Below are positions 47,301 through 62,300 of a stretch of 64,000 nucleotides of DNA, piece after piece. The notes below the pieces were generated by a model. It made no database searches. It was given only the letters and a program-made list of their open reading frames with translations, and was not told where the DNA came from. Origin of the DNA: Eledone cirrhosa (taxonomy: Eukaryota); NCBI GenBank assembly GCA_964016885.1, contig OZ024740.1, forward strand, positions 231,074,001-231,138,000, in the 5' to 3' direction. The translations under genes were made by a program, and so were the position numbers. Every line of letters starts with the position of its first letter. Positions within the stretch are counted from its first letter, which is position 1.

Positions 47301-50300
47301 AGGACTACTATTACAACACTACTATAATGGGGGATGTCTCTAGGACTACTATTACAACACTACTATAATGGGGGATGTCTCTAGGATTACTATTACAACC
47401 CTACTATAATAGGGGATGTCTCTAGGACTACTATTACTACACTACTATAATGGGAGATGTCTCTAGGACTACTATTACAACCCTACTATAATAGGGGATG
47501 TCTCTAGAACTACTATTACAACCCTACTATAATAGGGGATGTCTCTAGAACTACTATTACAACCCTACTATAATAGGGGATGTCTCTAGAACTACTATTA
47601 CAACCCTACTATAATAGGGGATGTCTCTAGGACTACTATTACAACCCTACTATAATAGGGGATGTCTCTAGGACTATTATTACTACCCTACTATAATGGG
47701 GGATATCTCTAGGACTACTATTACAACCCTACTATAATGGGAGATGTCTCTAGGACTACCATTACAACCCTACTATAATAGGGGATGTCTCTAGGACTAT
47801 TATTACAACCCTACTATAATGGGGTATATCTCTAGGGCTACTATTACAACCCTACTATAATGGCGTACGTCTCTAGGGCTACTATTACAGCCCTACTATA
47901 ATGGGGTACGTCTCTAGGACTACTATTACAACCCTACTATAATGGGGTATGTCTCTAGGACTACTATTACAACCCTACTATAATGGGGGATGTCTCTAGG
48001 ACTATTATTACAACCCTACTATAATGGGGGATGTCTCTAGGACTACTATTACAACCCTACTATAATGGGGGATGTCTCTAGGGCTACTATTACAACCCTA
48101 CTATAATAGGGGATGTCTCTAGGACTACTATTACAACCCTACTATAATGGGGGATGTCTCTACGACTACTATTACAACCCTACTATAATGGGGGATATCT
48201 CTAGGACTACTATTACAACACTACTATAATAGGGGATGTCTCTAGGACTACTATTACAACACTACTATAATGGGGGATGTCTCTAGGACTACTATTACAA
48301 CCCTACTATAATAGGGGATGTCTCTAGGACTACTATTACAACACTACTATAATGGGAGATGTCTCTAGGACTACTATTACAACCCTACTATAATAGGGGA
48401 TGTCCCTAGACCTACTATTACAACCCTATTATAATGGGAGATGTCTCTAGGACCACTATTACAACCCTACTATAATGGAGGATGTCTCTAGGACTACTAT
48501 TACAACCCTACTATAATGGGGTATGTCTCTAGGGCTACTATTACAACCCTACTATAATGGGAGATGTCTCTAGGACTACTATTACAACCCTACTATAATG
48601 GGGGATATCTCTAGGACTACTATTACAACCCTACTACAATATGGGATGTCTCTAGGACTACTATTACAACCCTACTATAATGGGAGATGTCTCTAGGACT
48701 ACTATTACAACCCTACTATAATGGGGTATGTCTCTAGGACTACTATTACAACCGTACTATAATGGAGGATATCTCTAGGACTACTGTTACAACCCTACTA
48801 TAATAGGGGATGTCTCTAGGACTACTATTACAACCCTACTATAATGGGAGATGTCTCTAGGACTACTATTACAACCCTACTATAATAGGGAATGTCTCTA
48901 GGACTACTATTACAACCCTACTATAATGGAGGATATATCTAGGACTACTGTTACAACCCTACTATAATAGGGGCTGTCTGTAGGACTACTATTACAACCC
49001 TACTATAATGGGAAATGTCTCTAGGACTACTATTACAACCCTACTATAATGGGGGATATCTCTAGGACTACTATTACAACCCTACTATAATAGGGGATGT
49101 CTCTAGGACTACTATTACAACCCTACTATAATGGAGGATGTCTCTAGGACTACTATTACAACCCTACTATAATGGAGGATGTCTCTAGGATTACTATACA
49201 ACCCTACTATAATGGGGTATGTCTCTAGGGCTACTATTATAACCCTACTATAATGAGGTATGTCTCTAGGGCTACTATTACAGCCCTACTATAATGGGGT
49301 ATGTCTCTAGGACTACTATTACAACCCTATATAATAGGGGATGTCTCTAGGACTATTATTACTACCCTACTATAATGGGGGATATCTCTAGGACTACCAT
49401 TACAACCCTACTATAATAGGGGATGTCTCTAGGACTATTATTACAACCCTACTATAATGGGGTATATCTCTAGGGCTACTATTACAACCCTACTATAATG
49501 GGGTACGTCTCTAGGGCTACTATTACAGCCCTACTATAATGGGGCATGTCTCTAGGACTACTATTACAACCCTACTATAATGGGGTATGTCTCTAGGACT
49601 ACTATTACAACCCTACTATAATAGGGGATGTCTCTAGGACTACTATTACAACCCTACTATAATGGAGGATGTCTCTAGGACTACTATTACAACCCTACTA
49701 TAATGGAGGATGTCTCTAGGACTACTATTACAACCCTTCTATAATAGGGGATGTCTCTAGGACTACCATTACAACACTACTATAATGGGGGATGTCTCTA
49801 GGACTACTATTACAACCCTACTATAATGGGAGATGTCTCCAGGACTACTATTACAACCCTACTATAATAGGGGATGTCTCTAGGACTATTATTACAACCC
49901 TACTATAATGGGGTATGTCTCTAGGGCTACTATTACAACCCTACTATAATGGGGTATGTCTCTAGGGCTACTATTACGGCCCTACTATAATAGGGGATGT
50001 CAGTAGGACTACTATTACAACCCTACTATAATGGGGGATGTCTCTAGGACTACTATTACAACCCTACTATAATGGGGGATGTCTCTAGGGCTACTATTAC
50101 AACCCTACTATAATAGGGGATGTCTCTTGGACTACTATTACAACCCTACTATAATGGAGGATATCTCTAGGACTACTATTACAACACTACTATAATAGGG
50201 GATGTCTCTAGGACTACTATTACAACACTACTATAATGGGGGATGTCCGTAGGATTACTAATACAACCCTACTATAATAGGGGATGTCTCTAGGACTACT

Positions 50301-53300
50301 ATTACTACACTACTATAATGGGAGATATCTCTAGGACTACTATTACAACCCTACTATAATAGGGGATGTCTCTAGAACTACTATTACAACCCTACTATAA
50401 TGGGAGATGTCTCTAGGACTACTATTACAACCCTACTATAATGGAGGATGTCTCTAGGACTACTATTACAACCCTACTATAATGGGGTATGTCTCTAGGG
50501 CTACTATTACAACCCTACTATAATGGGAGATGTCTCTAGGACTACTATTACAACCCTACTATAATGGGGGATATCTCGAGGACTACTATTACAACCCTAC
50601 TATAATAGGGGATGTCTCTAGGACTACTATTACAACCCTACTATAATGGGAGATGTCTCTAGGACTACTATTAAAACCCTACTATAATAGGAGATGTCTC
50701 TAGGACTACTATTACAACCCTACTATAATAGGGAATGTCTCTAGGACTACTATTACAACCCTACTATAATGGAGGATGTTTCTAGGACTACTATTACAAC
50801 CCTACTATAATGGAGGATGTCTCTAGGACTACTATACAACCCTACTATAATGGGGTATGTCTCTAGGGCTACTATTACAACCCTACTATAATGGGAGATG
50901 TCTCTAAGACTACTATTACAACCCTACTATAATGGGAGATGTCTCTAGGACTACTATTACAACCCTACTATAATGGGGTATGTCTCTAGGACTACTATTA
51001 CAACCCTACTATAATGGGGGATGTCTCTAGGACTACTATTACAACCCTACTATAATGGGAGATGTCTCTAGGGCTACTATTACAAACCTACTATAATGGA
51101 GGATGTCTCTAGGACTACTATTACAACCCTACTTTAATAGGGGATGTCTCTAGGACTACTATTACAACCCTACTATAATGGGGGATGTCTCTAGAACTAC
51201 TATTACAACCCTACTATAATGGGGTATGTCTCTAGGACTACTATTACAACACTACTATAATGGGGGATGTCTCTAGGACTACTATTACAACCCTACTATA
51301 ATAGGGGATGTCTCTAGGACTACTATTACAACCCTACTATAATGGGGTATGTCTCTAGGGCTACTACTATAACCCTACTATAATGAGGTATGTCTCTAGG
51401 GCTACTATTACAGCCCTACTATAATGGGGTATGTCTCTAGGACTACTATTACAACCCTACTATAATAGGGGATGTCTCTAGGACTATTATTACTACCCTA
51501 CTATAATGGGGGATATCTCTAGGACTACTATTACAAACCTACTATAATGGGGTATGTCTCTAGGACTACTATTACAACCCTACTATAATGGGGTATGTCT
51601 CTAGGACTACTATTACAACCCTACTATAATGGGGGATGTCTCTAGGACTATTATTACAACCCTACTATAATGGGGGATGTCTCTAGGACTACTATTACAA
51701 CCCTACTATAATGGGGGATGTCTCTAGGGCTACTATTACAACCCTACTATAATAGGGGATGTCTCTAGGACTACTATTACAACCCTACTATAATGGGGGA
51801 TGTCTCTACGACTACTATTACAAACCTACTATAATGGGGATATCTCTAGGAGTACTATTACAACACTACTATAATGGGGGATGTCTCTAGGACTACTATT
51901 ACAACCCTACTATAATAGGGGATGTCTCTAGGACTACTATTACAACACTACTATAATGGGAGATGTCTCTAGGACTACTATTACAACCCTACTATAATAG
52001 GGGATGTCCCTAGAACTACTATTACAACCCTATTATAATGGGAGATGTCTCTAGGACTACTATTACAACCCTACTATAATGGAGGATGTCTCTAGGACTA
52101 CTATTACAACCCTACTATAATGGGGTATGTCTCTAGGGCTACTATTACAACCCTACTATAATGGGAGATGTCTCTAGGACTACTATTACAACCCTACTAT
52201 AATGGGGGATATCTCTAGGACTACTATTACAATCCTACTATAATGGGGTATGTCTCTAGGACTACTATTACAACCGTACTATAATGGAGGATATCTCTAG
52301 GACTACTGTTACAACCCTACTATAATAGGGGATGTCTCTAGGACTACTATTACAACCCTACTATAATGGGAGATGTCTCTAGGACTACTATTACAACAAT
52401 TCTATAATAGGGGATGTCTCTAGGACTACTATTACAACCCTACTATAATGGAGGATATATCTAGGACTACTGTTACAACCCTACTATAATAGGGGATGTC
52501 TCTAGGACTACTATTACAACCCTACTATAATGGGAAATGTCTCTAGGACTACTATTACAACCCTACTATAATGGGGGATATCTCTAGGACTACTATTACA
52601 ACCCTACTATAATAGGGGATGTCTCTAGGACTACTATTACAACCCTACTATAATGGAGGATGTCTCTAGGACTACTATTACAACCCTACTATAATGGAGG
52701 ATGTCTCTAGGATTACTATACAACCCTACTATAATGGGGTATGTCTCTAGGGCTACTATTACAACCCTACTATAATGGGAGATGTCTCTAGGACTACTAT
52801 TACAACACTACTATAATGGGGGATGTCTCTAGGACTACTATTACAACCCTACTATAATAGGGGATGTCTCTAGGACTACTATTACAACCCTACTATAATG
52901 GGAGATGTCTCTAGGGCTACTATTATAACCCTACTATAATGAGGTATGTCTCTAGGACTATTATTACAGCCCTACTATAATAGGGGATGTCTCTAGGACT
53001 ATTATTACTACCCTACTATAATGGGGGATATCTCTAGGACTACTATTACAACCCTACTATAATGGGGTATGTCTCTAGGACTACTATTACAACCCTACTA
53101 TAATGGGGTATGTCTCTAGGACTACTATTACAACCCTACTATAATGGGGGATGTCTCTAGGACTATTATTACAACCCTACTATAATGGGGGATGTCTCTA
53201 GGACTACTATTACAACCCTACTATAATGGGGGATGTCTCTAGGGCTACTATTACAACCCTACTATAATGGGGGATGTCTCTAGGACTACTATTACAACCC

Positions 53301-53350
53301 TACTATAATGGGGAATGTCTCTACGACTACTATTACAACCCTACTATAAT
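40330..53350. repeat. Diverged tandem duplication of a ~6.3-6.7-kb block (offset 163, then 159, then 154 monomers)
   Basis: GGGAAATGTCTCTAGGATT at 40362/47042 and GGGCTGTCTG at 42291/48971 (+6680); GTCAGTA at 43484/49999 (+6515); GTCCGT at 43935/50245 and ATATCTCGAG at 44261/50571 (+6310). Several point differences separate the copies. Confidence 0.82.
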
Positions 53351-56300
53351 GGGGGATATCTCTAGGACTACTATTACAACACTACTATAATAGGGGATGT
53401 CTCTAGGACTACTATTACAACACTACTATAATAGGGGATGTCTCTAGGACTACTATTACAACCCTACTATATTAGGGGATGTCTCTAGGACTACTATTAC
53501 AACACTACTATAATGGGAGATGTCTCTAGGACTACTATTACAACCCTACTATAATAGGGGATGTCCCTAGAACTACTATTACAACCCTATTATAATGGGA
53601 GATGTCTCTAGGACTACTATTACAACCCTACTATAATGGAGGATGTCTCCAGGACTACTATTACAACCCTACTATAATGGGGTATGTCTCTAGGGCTACT
53701 ATTACAACCCTACTATAATGGGAGATGTCTCTAGGACTACTATTACAACCCTACTATAATGGGGGATATCTCTAGGACTACTATTACAACCCTACTATAA
53801 TATGGGATGTCTCTAGGACTACTATTACAACCCTACTATAATGGGAGATGTCTCTAGGACTACTATTACAACCCTACTATAATGGGGTATGTCTCTATGA
53901 CTACTATTACAACCGTACTATAATGGAGGATATCTCTAGGACTACTGTTACAACCCTACTATAATAGGGGATGTCTCTAGGACTACTATTACAACCCTAC
54001 TATAATGGGAGATGTCTCTAGGACTACTATTACAACAATTCTATAATAGGGGATGTCTCTAGGGCTACCATTACAACCCTACTATAATGGGAGATGTCTC
54101 TAGGACTACTATTACAACACTACTATAATGGGGGATGTCTCTAGGACTACTATTACAACCCTACTATAATAGGGGATGTCTCTAGGACTACTATTACAAC
54201 CCTACTATAATGGGGTATGTCTCTAGGGCTACTATTATAACCCTACTATAATGAGGTATGTCTCTAGGGCTACTATTACAGCCCTACTATAATGGGGTAT
54301 GTCTCTAGGACTACTATTACAACCCTACTATAATAGGGGATGTCTCTAGGACTATTATTACTAGCCTACTATAATGGGGGATATCTCTAGGACTACTATT
54401 ACAACCCTACTATAATGGGAGATGTCTCTAGGACTACCATTACAACCCTACTATAATAGGGGATGTCTCTAGGACTATTATTACAACCCTACTATAATGG
54501 GGTATATCTCTAGGGCTACTATTACAACCCTACTATAATGGGGTACGTCTCTAGGGCTACTATTACAGCCCTACTATAATGGGGTATGTCTCTAGGACTA
54601 CTATTACAACCCTACTATAATGGGGTATGTCTCTAGGACTACTATTACAACCCTACTATAATGGGGGATGTCTCTAGGACTATTATTACAACCCTACTAT
54701 AATGGGGGATGTCTCTAGGACTACTATTACAACCCTACTATAATGGGGGATGTCTCTAGGGCTACTATTACAACCCTACTATAATAGGGGATGTCTCTAG
54801 GACTACTATTACAACCCTACTATAATGGGGGATGTCTCTACGACTACTATTACAACCCTACTATAATGGGGGATATCTCTAGGACTACTATTACAACATT
54901 ACTATAATAGGGGATGTCTCTAGGACTACTATTACAACACTACTATAATGGGGGATGTCTCTAGGACTACTATTACAACCCTACTATAATAGGGGATGTC
55001 TCTAGGACTACTATTACAACACTACTATAATGGGAGATGTCTCTAGGACTACTATTACAACCCTACTATAATAGGGGATGTCCCTAGAACTACTATTACA
55101 ACCCTATTATAATGGGAGATGTCTCTAGGACTACTATTACAACCCTACTATAATGGAGGATGTCTCTAGGACTACTATTACAACCCTACTATAATGGGGT
55201 ATGTCTCTAGGGCTACTATTACAACCCTACTATAATGGGAGATGTCTCTAGGACTACTATTACAACCCTACTATAATGGGGGATATCTCTAGGACTACTA
55301 TTACAACCCTACTATAATATGGGATGTCTCTAGGACTACTATTACAACCCTACTATAATGGGAGATGTCTCTAGGACTACTATTACAACCCTACTATAAT
55401 GGGGTATGTCTCTAGGACTACTATTACAACCGTACTACAATGGAGGATATCTCTAGGACTACTGTTACAACCCTACTATAATAGGGGATGTCTCTAGGAC
55501 TACTATTACAACCCTACTATAATGGGAGATGTCTCTAGGACTACTATTACAACAATTCTATAATAGGGGATGTCTCTAGGACTACTATTACTACCCTACT
55601 ATAATGGAGGATATATCTAGGACTACTTTTACAACCCCACTATAATAGGGGATGTCTCTAGGACTACTATTACAACCCTACTATAATGGGAAATGTCTCT
55701 AGGACTACTATTACAACCCTACTATAATGGGGGATATCTCTAGGACTACTATTACAACCCTACTATAATAGGGGATGTCTCTAGGACTACTATTACAACC
55801 CTACTATAATGGAGGATGTCTCTAGGACTACTATTACAACCCTACTATAATGGAGGATGTCTCTAGGATTACTATACAACCCTACTATAATGGGGTATGT
55901 CTCTAGGGCTACTATTACAACCCTACTATAATGGGAGATGTCTCTAAGACTACTATTACAACCCTACTATAATGGGAGATGTCTCTAGGACTACTATTAC
56001 AACCCTACTATAATGGGAGATGTCTCTAGGACTACTATTACAACCCTACTATAATAGGGGATGTCTCTAGGACTACTATTACAACCCTACTATAATGGGG
56101 TATGTCTCTAGGACTACTATTACAACCCTACTATAATGGGGGATGTCTCTAGGACTACTATTACAACCCTACTATAATGGGAGATGTCTCTAGGGCTACT
56201 ATTACAAACCTACTATAATGGAGGATGTCTCTAGGACTACTATTACAACCCTACTATAATAGGGGATGTCTCTAGGACTACTATTACAACCCTACTATAA

Positions 56301-59300
56301 TGGGGGATGTCTCTAGAACTACTATTACAACCCTACTATAATGGGGTATGTCTCTAGGACTACTATTACAACACTACTATAATGGGGGATGTCTCTAGGA
56401 CTACTATTACAACCTTACTATAATAGGAGATGTCTCTAGGACTACTATTACAACCCTACTATAATGGGGTATGTCTCTAGGGCTACTATTATAACCCTAC
56501 TATAATGAGGTATGTCTCTAGGGCTACTATTACAGCCCTACTATAATGGGGTATGTCTCTAGGACTACTATTACAACCCTACTATAATAGGGGATGTCTC
56601 TAGGACTATTATTACTACCCTACTATAATGGGGGATGTCTCTAGGACTACTATTACAACCCTACTATAATGGGAGATGTCTCTAGGACTACTATTACAAC
56701 CCTACTATAATAGGGGATGTCTCTAGGACTATTATTACAACCCTACTATAATGGGGTATGTCTCTAGGGCTACTATTACAACCCTACTATAATGGGGTAC
56801 GTTTCTAGGGCTACTATTACAGCCCTACTATAATGGGGTATGTCTCTAGGACTACTATTACAACCCTACTATAATGGGGTAAGTCTCTAGGACTACTATG
56901 ACAACCCTACTATAATGGGCGATGTCTCTAGGACTATTATTACAACCCTACTATAATGGGTGATGTCTCTAGGACTACTATTACAACCCTACTATAATGG
57001 GGGATGTCTCTAGGGCTACTATTACAACCCTACTATAATAGGGGATGTCTCTAGGACTACTATTACAACCCTACTATAATGGGGGATGTCTCTAGGACTA
57101 CTATTACAACCCTACTATAATGGGGGATATCTCTAGGACTACTATTACAACACTACTATAATAGGGGATGTCTCTAGGACTACTATTACAACACTACTAT
57201 AATGGGGGATGTCTCTAGGACTACTATTACAACCCTACTATAATAGGGGATGTCTCTAGAACTACTATTACAACACTACTATAATGGGAGATGTCTCTAG
57301 GACTACTATTACAACCCTACTATAATAGGGGATGTCTCTAGAACTACTATTACAACCCTACTATAATGGGAGATGTCTCTAGGACTACTATTACAACCCT
57401 ACTATAATGGAGGATGTCTCTAGGACTACTATTACAACCCTACTATAATGGGGTATGTCTCTAGGGCTACTATTACAACCCTACTATAATGGGAGATGTC
57501 TCTAGGACTACTATTACAACCCTACTATAATGGGGGATATCTCTAGGACTACTATTACAACCCTACTATAATAGGGGATGTCTCTAGGACTACTATTACA
57601 ACCCTACTATAATGGGAGATGTCTCTAGGACTACTATTACAACCCTACTATAATGGGGTATGTCTCTAGGACTACTATTACAACCGTACTATAATGGAGG
57701 ATATCTCTAGGACTACTGTTACAACCCTACTATAATAGGGGATGTCTCTAGGACTACTATTACAACCCTACTATAATGGGAGATGTCTCTAGGACTACTA
57801 TTACAACAATTCTATAATAGGGGATGTCTCTAGGACTACTATTACAACCCTACTATAATGGAGGATATATCTAGGACTACTGTTACAACCCTACTATAAT
57901 AGGGGATGTCTCTAGGACTACTATTACAACCCTACTATAATGGGAAATGTCTCTAGGACTACTATTACAACACTACTATAATAGGGGATGTCTCTAGGAC
58001 TACTATTACAACCCTACTATAATGGGGGATGTCTCTAGGACTATTATTACAACCCTACTATAATGGGGGATGTCTCTAGGACTACTATTACAACCCTACT
58101 ATAATGGGGGATGTCTCTAGGGCTACTATTACAACCCTACTATAATAGGGGATGTCTCTAGGACTACTATTACAACCCTACTATAATGGGGGATGTCTCT
58201 ACGACTACTATTACAACCCTACTATAATGGGGGATATCTCTAGGACTACTATTACAACACTACTATAATAGGGGATGTCTCTAGGACTACTATTACAACA
58301 CTACTATAATGGGGGATGTCTCTAGGACTACTATTACAACCCTACTATATTAGGGGATGTCTCTAGGACTACTATTACAACACTACTATAATGGGAGATG
58401 TCTCTAGGACTACTATTACAACCCTACTATAATAGGGGATGTCCCTAGAACTACTATTACAACCCTATTATAATGGGAGATGTCTCTAGGACTACTATTA
58501 CAACCCTACTATAATGGAGGATGTCTCCAGGACTACTATTACAACCCTACTATAATGGGGTATGTCTCTAGGGCTACTATTACAACCCTACTATAATGGG
58601 AGATGTCTCTAGGACTACTATTACAACCCTACTATAATGGGGGATATCTCTAGGACTACTATTACAACCCTACTATAATATGGGATGTCTCTAGGACTAC
58701 TATTACAACCCTACTATAATGGGAGATGTCTCTAGGACTACTATTACAACCCTACTATAATGGGGTATGTCTCTATGACTACTATTACAACCGTACTATA
58801 ATGGAGGATATCTCTAGGACTACTGTTACAACCCTACTATAATAGGGGATGTCTCTAGGACTACTATTACAACCCTACTATAATGGGAGATGTCTCTAGG
58901 ACTACTATTACAACAATTCTATAATAGGGGATGTCTCTAGGACTACTATTACAACCCTACTATAATGGGAGATGTCTCTAGGACTACTATTACAACCCTA
59001 CTATAATGGGGTATGTCTCTATGACTACTATTACAACCGTACTATAATGGAGGATATCTCTAGGACTACTGTTACAACCCTACTATAATAGGGGATGTCT
59101 CTAGGTCTACTATTACAACCCTACTATAATGGGAAATGTCTCTAGGATTACTATTACAACCCTACTATAATGGGGGATATCTCTAGGACTACTATTACAA
59201 CCCTACTATAATAGGGGATGTCCCTAGGACTACTATTACAACCCTACTATAATGGAGGATGTCTCTAGGACTACTATTACAACCCTACTATAATGGAGGA

Positions 59301-62300
59301 TGTCTCTAGGATTACTATACAACCCTACTATAATGGGGTATGTCTCTAGGGCTACTATTACAACCCTACTATAATGGGAGATGTCTCTAGGACTACTATT
59401 ACAACACTACTATAATGGGGGATGTCTCTAGGACTACTATTACAACCCTACTATAATAGGGGATGTCTCTAGGACTACTATTACAACCCTACTATAATGG
59501 GGTATGTCTCTAGGGCTACTATTATAACCCTACTATAATGGGGTATATCTCTAGGGCTACTATTACAACCCTACTATAATGGGGTACGTCTCTAGGGCTA
59601 CTATTACAGCCCTACTATAATGGGGTATGTCTCTAGGACTACTATTACAACCCTACTATAATGGGGTATGTCTCTAGGACTACTATTACAACCCTACTAT
59701 AATGGGGGATGTCTCTAGGACTATTATTACAACCCTACTATAATGGGGGATGTCTCTAGGACTACTATTACAACCCTACTATAATGGGGGATGTCTCTAG
59801 GGCTACTATTACAACCCTACTATAATAGGGGATGTCTCTAGGACTACTATTACAACCCTACTATAATGGGGGATGTCTCTACGACTACTATTACAACCCT
59901 ACTATAATGGGGGATATCTCTAGGACTACTATTACAACACTACTATAATAGGGGATGTCTCTAGGACTACTATTACAACACTACTATAATGGGGGATGTC
60001 TCTAGGACTACTATTACAACCCTACTATAATAGGGGATGTCTCTAGGACTACTATTACAACACTACTATAATGGGAGATGTCTCTAGGACTACTATTACA
60101 ACCCTACTATAATAGGGGATGTCCCTAGAACTACTATTACAACCCTATTATAATGGGAGATGTCTCTAGGACTACTATTACAACCCTACTATAATGGGGT
60201 ATGTCTCTAGGACTACTATTACAACCCTACTATAATGGGGGATGTCTCTAGGACTATTATTACAACCCTACTATAATGGGGGATGTCTCTAGGACTACTA
60301 TTACAACCCTACTATAATGGGGGATGTCTCTAGGGCTACTATTACAACCCTACTATAATAGGGGATGTCTCTAGGACTACTATTACAACCCTACTATAAT
60401 GGGGGATGTCTCTACGACTACTATTACAACCCTACTATAATGGGGGATATCTCTAGGACTACTATTACAACACTACTATAATAGGGGATGTCTCTAGGAC
60501 TACTATTACAACACTACTATAATGGGGGATGTCTCTAGGACTACTATTACAACCCTACTATAATAGGGGATGTCTCTAGGACTACTATTACAACACTACT
60601 ATAATGGGAGATGTCTCTAGGACTACTATTACAACCCTACTATAATAGGGGATGTCCCTAGAACTACTATTACAACCCTATTATAATGGGAGATGTCTCT
60701 AGGACTACTATTACAACCCTACTATAATGGAGGATGTCTCTAGGACTACTATTACAACCCTACTATAATGGGGTATGTCTCTAGGGCTACTATTACAACC
60801 CTACTATAATGGGAGATGTCTCTAGGACTACTATTACAACCCTACTATAATGGGGGATATCTCTAGGACTACTATTACAACCCTACTATAATATGGGATG
60901 TCTCTAGGACTACTATTACAACCCTACTATAATGGGAGATGTCTCTAGGACTACTATTACAACCCTACTATAATGGGGTATGTCTCTAGGACTACTATTA
61001 CAACCGTACTATAATGGAGGATATCTCTAGGACTACTGTTACAACCCTACTATAATAGGGGATGTCTATAGGACTACTATTACAACCCTACTATAATGGG
61101 AGATGTCTCTAGGACTACTATTACAACAATTCTATAATAGGTGATGTCTCTAGGACTACTATTACTACCCTACTATAATGGAGGATATATCTAGGACTAC
61201 TGTTACAACCCCACTATAATAGGGGATGTCTCTAGGACTACTATTACAACCCTATTATAATGGGAGATGTCTCTAGGACTACTATTACAACCCTACTATA
61301 ATGGAGGATGTCTCCAGGACTACTATTAAAACCCTACTATAATGGGGTATGTCTCTAGGGCTACTATTACAAACCTACTATAATGGGAGATGTCTCTAGG
61401 ACTACTATTACAACCCTACTATAATGGGGGATATCTCTAGGACTACTATTACAACCCTACTATAATATGGGATGTCTCTAGGACTACTATTACAACCCTA
61501 CTATAATGGGAAATGTCTCTAGGACTACTATTACAACCCTACTATAATGGGGGATATCTCTAGGACTACTATTACAACCCTACTATAATAGGGGATGTCT
61601 CTAGGACTACTATTACAACCCTACTATAATGGAGGATGTCTCTAGGACTACTATTACAACCCTACTATAATGGAGGATGTCTCTAGGATTACTATACAAC
61701 CCTACTATAATGGGGTATGTCTCTAGGGCTACTATTACAACCCTACTATAATGGGAGATGTCTCTAAGACTACTATTACAACCCTACTATAATGGGAGAT
61801 GTCTCTAGGACTACTATTACAACCCTACTATAATGGGAGATGTCTCTAGGACTACTATTACAACCCTACTATAATAGGGGATGTCTCGAGGACTACTATT
61901 ACAACCCTACTATAATGGGGTATGTCTCTAGGACTACTATTACAACCCTACTATAATGGGGGATGTCTCTAGGACTACTATTACAACCCTACTATAATGG
62001 GAGATGTCTCTAGGGCTACTATTACAAACCTACTATAATGGAGGATGTCTCTAGGACTACTATTACAACCCTACTATAATAGGGGATGTCTCTAGGACTA
62101 CTATTACAACCCTACTATAATGGGGGATGTCTCTAGAACTACTATTACAACCCTACTATAATGGGGTATGTCTCTAGGACTACTATTACAACACTACTAT
62201 AATGGGGGATGTCTCTAGGACTACTATTACAACCCTACTATAATAGGAGATGTCTCTAGGACTACTATTACAACCCTACTATAATGGGGTATGTCTCTAG

